Origin: an uncultured Thermoleophilia bacterium
GTDB taxonomy: Bacteria > Actinomycetota > Thermoleophilia > UBA2241
Length of the DNA stretch: 64,000 nucleotides
NCBI GenBank assembly: GCA_963715985.1
Contig: CAVQSP010000013.1
Coordinates: 256,001 to 320,000 of the forward strand
Reading direction: 5' to 3'
Shown here: positions 22,016 through 31,264 of the stretch, piece by piece
Numbering within the stretch: position 1 is the stretch's first letter
Layout of the letters: each line of letters starts with the position of its first letter
Notes under the pieces: generated by a model
Seen by the model: the letters and a program-made list of their open reading frames with translations, nothing else
Told to the model about the DNA's origin: nothing
Databases searched by the model: none
Program-made: the position numbers and the translations under genes

Positions 22016-23203
22016 ATGGCGCGAGTACAGATGTACTCGATGGAGTGGTGCCCGTACTGCGCCAAGGGCAAGGCCCTGCTTGGCGCCAAGGGCATCGAGT
22101 ACGACGAAGTGGACGTCACGAATGACGAGCAGGCGGCGCTCGAGATGATCGAGCGCACGGGCCAGCGTGGCGTGCCGCAGTTCTTCGTCGACGGGCAGTG
22201 GATGGGAGGCTACGACAACCTCACGTACCTGAACGCCACCGGGGCACTCGACCAGATGTTCGGCATCGAGTCCACGGTGGATCTCACGCGCGTCTGGGAC
22301 GTGGCCGTGGTGGGCGGCGGCCCGGCCGGCCTGACGGCCGCCCTCTACGCCGCCCGCAAGAACCTCTCCACCATCATCATCACGCTGGACCTGGGCGGCC
22401 AGGTCGGCATCACGCACCTCGTCACCAACTACCCCGGCATGCCCGTCGTCGAGGGCCCGGAGCTCGTGCGCCTCATGTTCGAGCAGGCGTACATGTATGG
22501 CCTCGAGCGCATGATCGGGGAGCGCGTGACCGGCATGCGCGTCGAGAGCGGGGCCAAGGTCCTCGAGCTGCAGTCGGGCAAGGAGGTCAAGGCGCGCTCG
22601 GTGATCGTGGCCAGCGGCGCCCAGAAGCGGCGCCTGGAGATCCCCGGCGAGAGCGAGTTCGCCGGCAAGGGCGTGGTGTACTGCTCCACCTGCGACGGAC
22701 CGTTCTATCGCCAGAAGACCATCGCCATCGTGGGCGGGGGCAACTCGGCGCTCGAGGCGGCCATCGAGATGAGCGGTATCGCCAAGAAGGTGTACGTGGT
22801 GAGCCGCGGCGTGTGGAGCGGCGACGAGATCCTCAAGGACAAGGCCGGGTCGGCCCCGGGCGTCAAGCCGCTGGTGGGCTACGAGCCGCTCGAGATCACC
22901 GGCAACGAGGTGGTCGAGAAGCTGCGGCTGAGGAACAAGAAGAACGGCAAGGAGCGGACGCTCAAGGTGGACGGCGTCTTCATCGAGGTCGGCCTGTCAC
23001 CGAACTCCGAGCTCGTGCTCGACCTCGCCCACACCAATCAGCGCGGCGAGGTCGTCGTGGACGCCAAGGGCGACACGGGGGTGCGCGGCGTGTTCGCGGC
23101 CGGCGACGTGACCGCCACCAAAGACAAGCAGATCGTCATCGCGGCCGGCGAGGGCGCCAAGGCCGCGCTGGCCGCGTTCGAGTACCTGATCACCCAGCGC
23201 TGA
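22016..23203 (+). CDS. trxB: Glutaredoxin-thioredoxin reductase fusion
   Basis: N-terminal Grx (CPYC, GVPQFF, GGYD) followed by TrxR (GGGPAG, YCSTCDG, GGGNSA, FAAGDVT). Confidence 0.88.
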   Translation: MARVQMYSMEWCPYCAKGKALLGAKGIEYDEVDVTNDEQAALEMIERTGQRGVPQFFVDGQWMGGYDNLTYLNATGALDQMFGIESTVDLTRVWDVAVVGGGPAGLTAALYAARKNLSTIIITLDLGGQVGITHLVTNYPGMPVVEGPELVRLMFEQAYMYGLERMIGERVTGMRVESGAKVLELQSGKEVKARSVIVASGAQKRRLEIPGESEFAGKGVVYCSTCDGPFYRQKTIAIVGGGNSALEAAIEMSGIAKKVYVVSRGVWSGDEILKDKAGSAPGVKPLVGYEPLEITGNEVVEKLRLRNKKNGKERTLKVDGVFIEVGLSPNSELVLDLAHTNQRGEVVVDAKGDTGVRGVFAAGDVTATKDKQIVIAAGEGAKAALAAFEYLITQR

Positions 23204-25001
23204 CGGCGGTGTGCCGCAGGATGAACTCCACGGTGCGCGCGTCGTAGTCCACGCGGTTCTCGAGGCCGCTGATCTCGTGGCCCTCGTCCTCGTAGATCAC
23301 GGCCTCGCATTCCACGCCCCGCGCGCGCAGCGTGGCCGCCACTCCGTCCAGCTGCTTGGGCGGGCAGCGCGGGTCCAGGCGCCCGCCGAGCATCAGCAGG
23401 GGTGTCCGGATCCGCTGCAGGTGGTTGATGGGTGAGTAGTACTCGAGCTTGGCCTTGTCCTTGACGACGTCGCCGGTGTTCTCGCGGTCCCACCAGCGCA
23501 GATCCTCGCGGATGTCCGGGTCCAGCTGGCTGTCGATGAAGTCGAAGAACGGCACCCCGGCGACGCCGGCCGCCCACAGGTCGGGGAACTGGGTGAGCAT
23601 GGCCAGGGTGAGGAAGCCTCCCCAGCTGCGCCCCGTCACGGCGATGCGCCGCGGGTCGCAGCCCACGGAGACGAGGTACTCGTGGGCGGCCGCCACGTCC
23701 AGCGCCTCGCCCTGACCCATGAGGAAGCGATTGGCGAGCTGCCAGCGGCGGCCATAGCCGTCGCTGCCTCGGTAGTTGGGGTGCACCACGGTGACGTCTG
23801 CCGCCACGAACGCCTGGCGGAGGACGTCCCACTCGTTGGAGTGGTGCCACGTGGGACCGCCGTGGACGATGACCACGCCGGCGCCGCTGGGCTCGTCCGG
23901 CTCCACGAGCAGACTGGGCACCTCGGCGAGGTGGTCCCAGCTCGTGTAGCGCACCGGACGGGCGCTCTTGAAGCTCGTCTCGGGCAGGTCCGCCGGCAGG
24001 GAGTCCGTGACGCGAGTCGCCGTGCCGGCCAGAGGGACGCGGTACAGCTCACCGGGGTGGGTCGGCCCGCTCAGCACGACGAGGATCGCTGTACCGTCCG
24101 CCGTGAAGGCCGGCTGGTAGTGGTTGCCGGGGCCGGCGCTCAGGTCCTTCACGGCGCCGGTCGCGAGGTCGAGATGCACCAGGCCCGTCTCCGCCTCGCG
24201 GTCCACGAGGAAGGCGAGCGCCCTCCCGTCGGGCGCCCAGACGGGGTGGTGCGCGTCGGCGTCGCCCTCCCAGGCCCACACCACGGCGCCGGTGTCGATC
24301 TCGTACACGCCGACGGCGGGGTGGTCGAAGGGCCCGCCGGAGAAGGCGAGGCGCCGTCCGTCGGGGGCCCACGCGGGGTGCCCGGCGAAGAACCCGTCGC
24401 CGCCGCCGACGACCGCCTCGCCGCCGGCCGCGTCCAGCACGTACACGGCGGTGTCCTGACCGCGCGTGCCGGCGGCCACGGCCAGCCGCGTGCCGTCGGG
24501 AGACCAGCGCGGCGAGCTCTCGGTGTACGGGTAGACGGCGAGGTGGACGATGCCTTCGCCGCCGGGCGCGGGCTCGGCCGGCATGACGGCCACGGAGTAG
24601 CCGTGCCCGTGCGACGCCGTCATGGCGATGCGCGTGCCGTCCGGCGAGAGGTCGAAGTCCGGCAGCGGTGCGAAGTCCGGCGTGTCCGGGAGCAGGTTCA
24701 CGAGCGCGCCGGTGGCCGGCTCGTAGCGGAAGAAGTCGAAGCACTCCGACCCGCGGTCATCCCTGGCGAAGTAGAGCCAGCGCCCGTCGGGCGAGAACAG
24801 CGGGCACCAGCAGGCGTCGTCAAGATCGCCGACGCGCCGGGGCTCGCCGCCCTCCAGCGTCGTCATGAAGACCTGCCAGTCGCCGTCGCGGTACCACTGC
24901 AGGGCGACGGTCTGGCCGTCCGGCGCGACCGCGAACGGACGGTAGTCGGTGCCCACCGTCGGTACGGCCGCGAGGCGCTCGATGAGGCTTCTGGTCATCA
25001 T
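23190..25001 (-). CDS. S9 prolyl oligopeptidase/acylaminoacyl peptidase
   Basis: Propeller repeats (WSPDG, WAPDG), VHGGP, GRSWGG nucleophile, DPRCP, DEGH. Confidence 0.9.
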   Translation of the reverse strand: MMTRSLIERLAAVPTVGTDYRPFAVAPDGQTVALQWYRDGDWQVFMTTLEGGEPRRVGDLDDACWCPLFSPDGRWLYFARDDRGSECFDFFRYEPATGALVNLLPDTPDFAPLPDFDLSPDGTRIAMTASHGHGYSVAVMPAEPAPGGEGIVHLAVYPYTESSPRWSPDGTRLAVAAGTRGQDTAVYVLDAAGGEAVVGGGDGFFAGHPAWAPDGRRLAFSGGPFDHPAVGVYEIDTGAVVWAWEGDADAHHPVWAPDGRALAFLVDREAETGLVHLDLATGAVKDLSAGPGNHYQPAFTADGTAILVVLSGPTHPGELYRVPLAGTATRVTDSLPADLPETSFKSARPVRYTSWDHLAEVPSLLVEPDEPSGAGVVIVHGGPTWHHSNEWDVLRQAFVAADVTVVHPNYRGSDGYGRRWQLANRFLMGQGEALDVAAAHEYLVSVGCDPRRIAVTGRSWGGFLTLAMLTQFPDLWAAGVAGVPFFDFIDSQLDPDIREDLRWWDRENTGDVVKDKAKLEYYSPINHLQRIRTPLLMLGGRLDPRCPPKQLDGVAATLRARGVECEAVIYEDEGHEISGLENRVDYDARTVEFILRHTAVSAG

Positions 25002-25196
25002 TCCTCCTGCACGTGGTCGCCGCCGCGGGAAGAGCGAAGGCGGGCCGCGCCTGCTGCAGGAGGCGCGGCCCGCTGGAACCCTATCGCGTCGTCCGGCCGC
25101 GCGCACACCCCAGGAACGTCACCCTGCCGCTGCTCGCAGCTCCACCCTGGGGCGCTTGCGCGGGGCGCGGGACCGTGCTCTCGGCTGCGCTGCGGC

Positions 25197-25212
25197 TCAT
25201 ACCGCGGTATGA
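25197..25212. promoter_or_regulatory. Perfect 16-bp palindrome, candidate repressor operator
   Basis: TCATACCGCGGTATGA in the intergenic region upstream of the S9 peptidase. Confidence 0.45.
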
Positions 25213-25378
25213 CGACACGGGCTCGCGGCGAGTCTACGATGCGAGTGCCACGACCCCCGGCGGACACCGGTCACCGACAGCCACGGGCGCTCAGGGCGAC
25301 GAGCTCACGACGCGTCCACCCTCGAGTGCGGAGGTCACGGTGATGAGGACCGGCGTCGGCCCGCGCGGTGCGGCAAGG

Positions 25379-25684
25379 TCAGCCGCGCGTCTCCGCGAAC
25401 GCCTTGAACTCCTTGAGGTCGCGCTCGAGGTGGGCGCCCACAGCGGACTCGGCGGCGGAGTCGCCGGTGTACTCGACGGCTACTGTGACCCGCGTGCGGC
25501 CGCCCTCGAGCCTGGCCATCGTCACGAGCCCGCCCTGCTCTACGTCCTCCGCGAGGGACCACTCCACGTCCTCGGCTTTGGTCTGGTAGTGCCCCACGAG
25601 ACTGCGGAACATGAACTCGGTCCAGTCCTTGTCCGCGTCGGTGATCTCGGCGTCCACGTCGATGGATCGTTCGATGGTCGGCAT
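25379..25684 (-). CDS. Small SRPBCC/cyclase-like protein
   Basis: MPTIERSIDVD...TRVTVAVEY...LERDLKEFKAFAE; GGAGG RBS. Confidence 0.7.
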   Translation of the reverse strand: MPTIERSIDVDAEITDADKDWTEFMFRSLVGHYQTKAEDVEWSLAEDVEQGGLVTMARLEGGRTRVTVAVEYTGDSAAESAVGAHLERDLKEFKAFAETRG

Positions 25685-25763
25685 CGTTCCTCCCCGGTGT
25701 GAAGTGGTCATCCGTGCCGTACTTCTCCACGCCACCGGCAACCCAAACGGACGGGAGGCGCGC

Positions 25764-26405
25764 CTGAGCCTCCCCGCACATGCCCCCACCCCCACCCTCC
25801 CCACGGGGGCCGGCGGCCCGCTGCGGCGGGCCGCCGGCCGGGCTTCTCCGCCTGCGGTGGGGCTCGTCGCCGAGCCGGACGCGCTCCTGCGTCTGCAGGT
25901 GTGCGAGGCCGTGCAGGCCCTGGGGCTGCGCGCCTGCGAGGCGCCGGCCGGGCGGACTCCGGTGGGCGATGCCGCCGCGCCCGTCGCCGAGTTCGTGAAC
26001 CTCGACAGTGCGTCGTGCCGCGCGGCCGCCGGGCCCGGCGCCGGCTTCGTGACCGGGCGCGATGCCGCCGGACCGCTGCGCGTGGGGTACGCGGCGCGGG
26101 CCCCGGCACTGCTGGCGGCGCACCGTCTGCATCGCTGCTGCGACGTGCTCCTCGAGTTGCGCGCAGACGCGGGGCGGCCGCGCTTCGCGCACCCCTCGCC
26201 GGGCTCCGCCGTGGAGCGCGCCGGGCTCACGGCGCGCGAGGCGGACGTCGTGCTGCTCCTCTGCGCAGGTCACACGACACCGGCCGTGGCCGCCTGTCTC
26301 TGCGTCTCCCCGGCCACGGCGCGAAGCCACTGCCGCAGCGTGCTGCGCAAGCTGGGCGTTCGCGACCGCAGGGAGCTGCGGGCGCTGCTTCTGGGCGGCG
26401 GCTGA
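25764..26405 (+). CDS. LuxR-type HTH regulator (start uncertain)
   Basis: C-terminal GLTAREADVVLLLCAG...VSPATARSHCRSVLRKLGVRDR. Confidence 0.7.
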   Translation: MSLPAHAPTPTLPTGAGGPLRRAAGRASPPAVGLVAEPDALLRLQVCEAVQALGLRACEAPAGRTPVGDAAAPVAEFVNLDSASCRAAAGPGAGFVTGRDAAGPLRVGYAARAPALLAAHRLHRCCDVLLELRADAGRPRFAHPSPGSAVERAGLTAREADVVLLLCAGHTTPAVAACLCVSPATARSHCRSVLRKLGVRDRRELRALLLGGG

Positions 26406-26582
26406 AGCACGGGCCCCGGGCGGCATGTGGTTTGCGCCCGGGCGGCGCGAAGTTTGCCGATGAATGCACCGTGGCCTCGGCTGGGGCGGTCCGTGATACT
26501 TGACGCCAGAGCCGGGGCCCGGGCTGTGCACGCTCTGCGGACAGCCCGGGCCCCGGCGTCCACGTCCGCCCAGGGGGAGCGC

Positions 26583-28061
26583 ATGAGCACGGAGACCTCG
26601 ACCACGGCGGGCGCCGGCCTCAAGCGGGCCCGCGTCCGTGTCGTCACCGTCTTCTTCATGATCTACATCCTCGTGTCCGGCGGCTCGTTCGGCATCGAGG
26701 ACATGGTGTCGTCATCAGGGCCCGGGCTCACGCTGCTGCTGCTCATCCTGCTGCCCGTGTTCTGGAGCCTGCCCATGGCCCTCATCGCCAGCGAGCTGGG
26801 CTCGGCGCTGCCCGGGGAGGGCGGCTTCTACGTGTGGGCGCGGCGCGCGCTCGGCGACTTCTGGGGCTTCCAGACGGCCTGGTGGTGGTCGCTGTCCATC
26901 TTCGTGGATTCATCCGTCTACGTGGTCCTCGGCGTGACGTACCTGCAGAACTGGCTCGGCTTCGGGCAACTGTGGTTCTACGTGATCTGCTGGGCCGTCA
27001 TCGCCGTCTTCACCGTGGTCAACATCGTCGGGGTCAAGGTGGTGGCGCTGGGATCGACGCTGTTCTCCATCCTGATCCTGGCGCCGTTCGTGGTGCTCAT
27101 CGTCGTCGGTCTGGCGAAGTGGCAGTTCGACCCGTTCACGCCGGTCACCGCCCCCGGCGTGCCGTTCTTCGGCACCGGCGGCGTGTTCGCCCTGGGCCTC
27201 GCCATCGGTGTGTGGATGTACTCGGGGTACGAGTCCATGTCCACGCTCTCGGGGGAGATCCGCGAACCCCAGCGGGTGATCCCTCGCGCGCTGATGCTGG
27301 CGGTGCCCTTCATCATCGTGATGTACGTGCTGCCGACCATGGCCAGCCTCGCCGCCTACGGCCACTGGGACACGTTCGCCACGGTCGCCGGCGACGGCTA
27401 CCTTTCGTTCGTCGAGATCGGCAAGAAGCTCGGCGGGTCGGCTCTCGGCGTCGCCCTGCTGGCCTCGGCTCTGCTCGGCAACCTGGCCCTGTACCTGGAC
27501 TACCTGGCCTCCGGCGCCCGTCCGCTGTTCGCGATCTCCGCGGACGGGCTGTTCCCGCGGTCGATCTCGCGGGTGAGCAAGCGGTTCGGCACGCCCGTGG
27601 CGGCGATCCTGCTGATGGCCGCGCTCAACGCCGTCCTGATCGTCGGTCCGTTCCAGAACCTCGTGGTGATCGACGTCATCCTCTTCATCTCGGCGTACGT
27701 GCTGATCTTCGTCTCGGCGGTCCGGCTGCGCGTCAAGGAGCCGGACCTCAAACGTCCGTTCCGCGTGCCGCTCGGCACCACCGGCATGACGCTCATGGTG
27801 ATCCCGCCCATCGCCATCGTGGCCTTCACGATCTACGTCAACGCCATCGACCGCAGCACCGAGATCTTCGGGCTCACCGGGTTCAGCGTGGGAGGCTTCA
27901 ACGTGGGCTGGTACGGGATCGCCGGCTTCGCGGCGCTGCTCTCGGGCCCGGTGCTGTACTACGTCTTCCGGGCCCTGTACGGTGGCCCGCGGAGCCCGTC
28001 GTCGGAGGCGGGCGACGAGGCCGTCGCCCTGGCGGAGGCCGAGGCGCGGGAGGCCGTCTGA
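26583..28061 (+). CDS. APC-family amino acid/polyamine permease
   Basis: GGSFGIED, ELGSALP, WMYSGYE, LRVKEPDLKRPFRVP; TGATG coupling to the next gene. Confidence 0.9.
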   Translation: MSTETSTTAGAGLKRARVRVVTVFFMIYILVSGGSFGIEDMVSSSGPGLTLLLLILLPVFWSLPMALIASELGSALPGEGGFYVWARRALGDFWGFQTAWWWSLSIFVDSSVYVVLGVTYLQNWLGFGQLWFYVICWAVIAVFTVVNIVGVKVVALGSTLFSILILAPFVVLIVVGLAKWQFDPFTPVTAPGVPFFGTGGVFALGLAIGVWMYSGYESMSTLSGEIREPQRVIPRALMLAVPFIIVMYVLPTMASLAAYGHWDTFATVAGDGYLSFVEIGKKLGGSALGVALLASALLGNLALYLDYLASGARPLFAISADGLFPRSISRVSKRFGTPVAAILLMAALNAVLIVGPFQNLVVIDVILFISAYVLIFVSAVRLRVKEPDLKRPFRVPLGTTGMTLMVIPPIAIVAFTIYVNAIDRSTEIFGLTGFSVGGFNVGWYGIAGFAALLSGPVLYYVFRALYGGPRSPSSEAGDEAVALAEAEAREAV

Positions 28062-29494
28062 TGGAGCTCAGCGTCCGTGTCCTCTCCGAGGACGAGAAGG
28101 CGCAGATCCACGAGCGCACGCTGCGGGTGCTGCACTCCACCGGCGTGCGCTGCGATACCGCCGAGGGGCGCCGCCTCCTGGCGGCGGCCGGCGCCCAGGT
28201 GGACGAGGCCACTCGCATGGTGCGCTTCCCGCCCGAGCTCGTGGAGAGCCTTCTCGCCCAAGCCACGCGCCGTTTCACCCTGCACGGGCGCCGTCCGGAC
28301 TGGAGCTTCTCCGTCAACGACGGCGCCTTCACGCTGCTCGCCGACGGCGGGGCCACGGCCGTGTTCGACACGCAGACCGGCGAGCGCCGCCCCACCACGC
28401 ATCACGACTGGCTCGCTGCCACGCGCGTCCTGGACGCGCTCGACGACGTGGGTCTGTACTGGTGCCCCATCGAGTACGACGCCGACTACGAGCGCGCCGG
28501 CGGTCTCGTGCGCTACTTCACCGACGTCTTCGCCACGTTCGGCAAGCACGTGCAGGATTCGTTCGGCACGCCCGCGCTGGCGCCGTGGCTCAAGGAAGTG
28601 CTGGACATCGTGTTCGGCGGGCGCGAGGCGGTGCGCGAGCGCCTGCCCTTCTCGTTCCTCATCACGCCGGCGTCGCCGCTCACCATCGAGCACGACTACA
28701 CGCAGTCGTGGCTGGAGCTCAGGGACTACGGCCTGCCCGTGGCCGTCATGCCCATGCCGCTGCAGGGCGCCACGGCGCCCGGCAGCCGCCTCGGCACGCT
28801 GCTCGCGGCCAACTGCGAGACGGTGGCCACGCTCTGCCTCGTGCAGGCGGCGGCGCCGGGCACGCCGGTGTTCTACGCGCCGGTGGTGGCCACCATGGAC
28901 CCGCGCACCGGCCTGTACGCGGCGGGCGCCATCGAGCACGCCGTGCTCTGCGTGGCCGCCACGGAGATGGCGCGCTACTACGGCCTGCCGGCCGAGTCGT
29001 CCGGCCTCTGCACGCAGACCTGGGAGCCGGGCATCCAGACGGCGTGGGAGAAGGCCGACAGCGGCCTGCTGGTCGCGCTCGCCGGACCCGACGTGCTCGT
29101 CGGCCCGGGTCTGCTCGGCGGCGCCACCGTGCTCTGCCTCGAGCAGATCGTGCTGGACGTGGAGGTCATGCGCCGGGCCCGTCAGGGGCGCACCGGCGTC
29201 CCCGTGCGCGACGATCTGTGGCTCGACGACGTCCTCGCGGAGGTGGGCCCCTGCGGCTCCTTCCTGGGGCAACGGTCCACGCGCACCGGCCTGCGCTCCG
29301 GCGAGTGGTGGCTGAGCGACTTCGGCGTACAGGGCAGCTGGGACGCGTGGAAGGCGGCGGGTGCGCCGGACGCGGTCGCCGCCGCCCACGAGCGTGTGCA
29401 AGGCCTGCTCGACACGCAGGTCTCCCTGCCCTTCACCGACGACCAGACCAGGGCGCTCGCCGCGCTGCAGCGCCGCGCCGACCTGGCCGGCTGA
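28061..29494 (+). CDS. MttB-superfamily methyltransferase without pyrrolysine (MtgB-like)
   Basis: LSEDEKAQIHERTLRVL, SPLT, GATAP, MDPRTG, ARYYGLP; the Pyl-equivalent region reads SSGLCTQT with no amber codon. Confidence 0.88.
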   Translation: MELSVRVLSEDEKAQIHERTLRVLHSTGVRCDTAEGRRLLAAAGAQVDEATRMVRFPPELVESLLAQATRRFTLHGRRPDWSFSVNDGAFTLLADGGATAVFDTQTGERRPTTHHDWLAATRVLDALDDVGLYWCPIEYDADYERAGGLVRYFTDVFATFGKHVQDSFGTPALAPWLKEVLDIVFGGREAVRERLPFSFLITPASPLTIEHDYTQSWLELRDYGLPVAVMPMPLQGATAPGSRLGTLLAANCETVATLCLVQAAAPGTPVFYAPVVATMDPRTGLYAAGAIEHAVLCVAATEMARYYGLPAESSGLCTQTWEPGIQTAWEKADSGLLVALAGPDVLVGPGLLGGATVLCLEQIVLDVEVMRRARQGRTGVPVRDDLWLDDVLAEVGPCGSFLGQRSTRTGLRSGEWWLSDFGVQGSWDAWKAAGAPDAVAAAHERVQGLLDTQVSLPFTDDQTRALAALQRRADLAG

Positions 29495-29791
29495 CGCGGC
29501 GCCACCGCATGGGCGGCGGCCCAGAACGCCCCGCTGCCGCTTGCCGGGCCCCGGCGGCCCGGTCACTCTGCGCCGGCCGCTTCTGCGCGTTCGGACGAGC
29601 GTCCGAAAGCCGCCGCATGGAACCACGCTAATCGTATCTGTTTGGACAATTCTCTACGAATACAGCAGCACGTTGTGCAATCTGACACCGTACTCGTGGC
29701 ACTCTGCCTCACACATCGGAGTATCGTTCCCGGGTCGTGATGAGGAACGCCGGCGGCTGTGGGGCCGCCCGGCCGCCGCTGAGGGGTGCCG

Positions 29792-31243
29792 ATGTCTGAG
29801 CTGATCGCCGACCTGAAGAGCGCGGGTCTCGAGCGCGTCGACATGAAGGTGTGGACCGCGGTGTTCGTGGTCTTCTCGTTCGTGTGTTCCGGCGGCTTCG
29901 GGATCGAGGACATGGTCTCGGGAGCGGGCCCCGGCTTCGCTCTCCTGCTGCTCCTCATCCTGCCGTTCGTGTGGGGCTTGCCGCAGGCGCTCGTGTGCTC
30001 CGAGCTCGGCTCCGCCCTGCCCGAGGACGGCGGCCTGTACCGCTGGTCGCGCCGCGCCAACGGCGAGTTCATGGGGTTCCAGACCGGCTGGTGGTGGCTG
30101 CTCTCCATCTTCGTGGACTCGGCCGTCTACATCGCCCTCACCGCCGACTACATGCAGAACTGGTTCGGCTTCAGCGACGCAGTGCGCTGGGGCATCGCCG
30201 TGGTGCTCATCGCGGTCTTCGCCTACATCAACATCCGCGGTCTGCAGCTGGCCGCCTGGGTGCTCGTGATCATGCAGATCCTCGTGTTCATCCCGTTCGC
30301 GGCGCTGGCCGTGATAGGTCTCGCCAACTGGCATCACGATCCGTTCAGCCCCATCCTGCTGTCCGGCAACTCGCTGATCGGCGGCGTGGGGGTCGCGCTC
30401 AGCGTGGGCATCTGGATGTACTCGGGCTTCGAGTCGCTCTCCACGATGGCCGGGGAGATCAAGCGCCCGCAGTACGTGATCCCGCGGGCGCTCATGATCA
30501 CGCTGCCCATCGTGCTCGGCTTCTACGTGCTCTCCACGATGGGCGGCCTCGCCAGCGTCGGGCAGTTCAGCCGCTGGGCCACCGAGGGCAGCACGGCTCT
30601 CGACTTCATGGGCGTGGGCCGGGAGGTGGGCGGCGAGGTGCTGCGCTACCTCTTCTTCGCCGCCATGCTGGCCGGCAACTTCGCCCTCTTCCTCGCCTTC
30701 CTGGCGGCGGGCGCGCGCCCGGCCTTCGTGCTCTCCCGCGACAAGCTGTTCCCCAGGTTCCTCGGCAGGACCAGCAAGAAGTTCGGCACGCCGTACGCGG
30801 CGATCATCCTCATGGCGGTCGTGGACGCCGTGCTCGTGCGCTGGGGCTTCGCGACGCTGATCGTGATCGACGTCTTCCTACTCATGCTGGCCCACATCAC
30901 GATCTACATCTCGGCCGTGCGGCTGCGCGTCAAGGAGCCCGACCTGCCGAGGCCCTTCCGGGTGCCGGTGGGGACGCTGGGCCTCACGCTGATCAGCGCC
31001 GTTCCCATCTGCGTGGCGGTGCTCGCCATGTCTCCGTTCGGCAACGGCTGGGACTACTTCATCGGCGGGTGCGTCGCGGCGCTCACCGGGCCGCCGGCGT
31101 ACTTGATCTTCCGCGGCATCTACGGCGGCAAGAAGGCGCTGGAGGCGGAGGAGCGAGCAGGCCGAGAGGTCGCCGGCGCGACTCCGCCGGCGACCTCCGC
31201 AGGTGGGCGGGCCGCCGGTGCCACCGAGCAGGCGGTGGGCTGA
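29792..31243 (+). CDS. APC-family amino acid/polyamine permease, paralog of 26583-28061
   Basis: GGFGIEDMVS, ELGSALPEDGG, WWWLLSIFVDS, LRVKEPDLPRPFRVP. Confidence 0.9.
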   Translation: MSELIADLKSAGLERVDMKVWTAVFVVFSFVCSGGFGIEDMVSGAGPGFALLLLLILPFVWGLPQALVCSELGSALPEDGGLYRWSRRANGEFMGFQTGWWWLLSIFVDSAVYIALTADYMQNWFGFSDAVRWGIAVVLIAVFAYINIRGLQLAAWVLVIMQILVFIPFAALAVIGLANWHHDPFSPILLSGNSLIGGVGVALSVGIWMYSGFESLSTMAGEIKRPQYVIPRALMITLPIVLGFYVLSTMGGLASVGQFSRWATEGSTALDFMGVGREVGGEVLRYLFFAAMLAGNFALFLAFLAAGARPAFVLSRDKLFPRFLGRTSKKFGTPYAAIILMAVVDAVLVRWGFATLIVIDVFLLMLAHITIYISAVRLRVKEPDLPRPFRVPVGTLGLTLISAVPICVAVLAMSPFGNGWDYFIGGCVAALTGPPAYLIFRGIYGGKKALEAEERAGREVAGATPPATSAGGRAAGATEQAVG

Positions 31244-31264
31244 GGAGGCTGCCGGAGTCGCCGG

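Noticed and set aside
22016-23203. Selenocysteine (TGA) recoding in redox genes
   Set aside because: Grx-TrxR, rubredoxin and the molybdopterin protein all have Cys codons at their active sites; no in-frame TGA at catalytic positions
28061-29494. Third pyrrolysine gene
   Set aside because: The reading frame is uninterrupted, with no amber codon in the Pyl-equivalent region
29690-29715. Sigma-54 promoter (TGGCAC)
   Set aside because: No TTGC element at the required spacing
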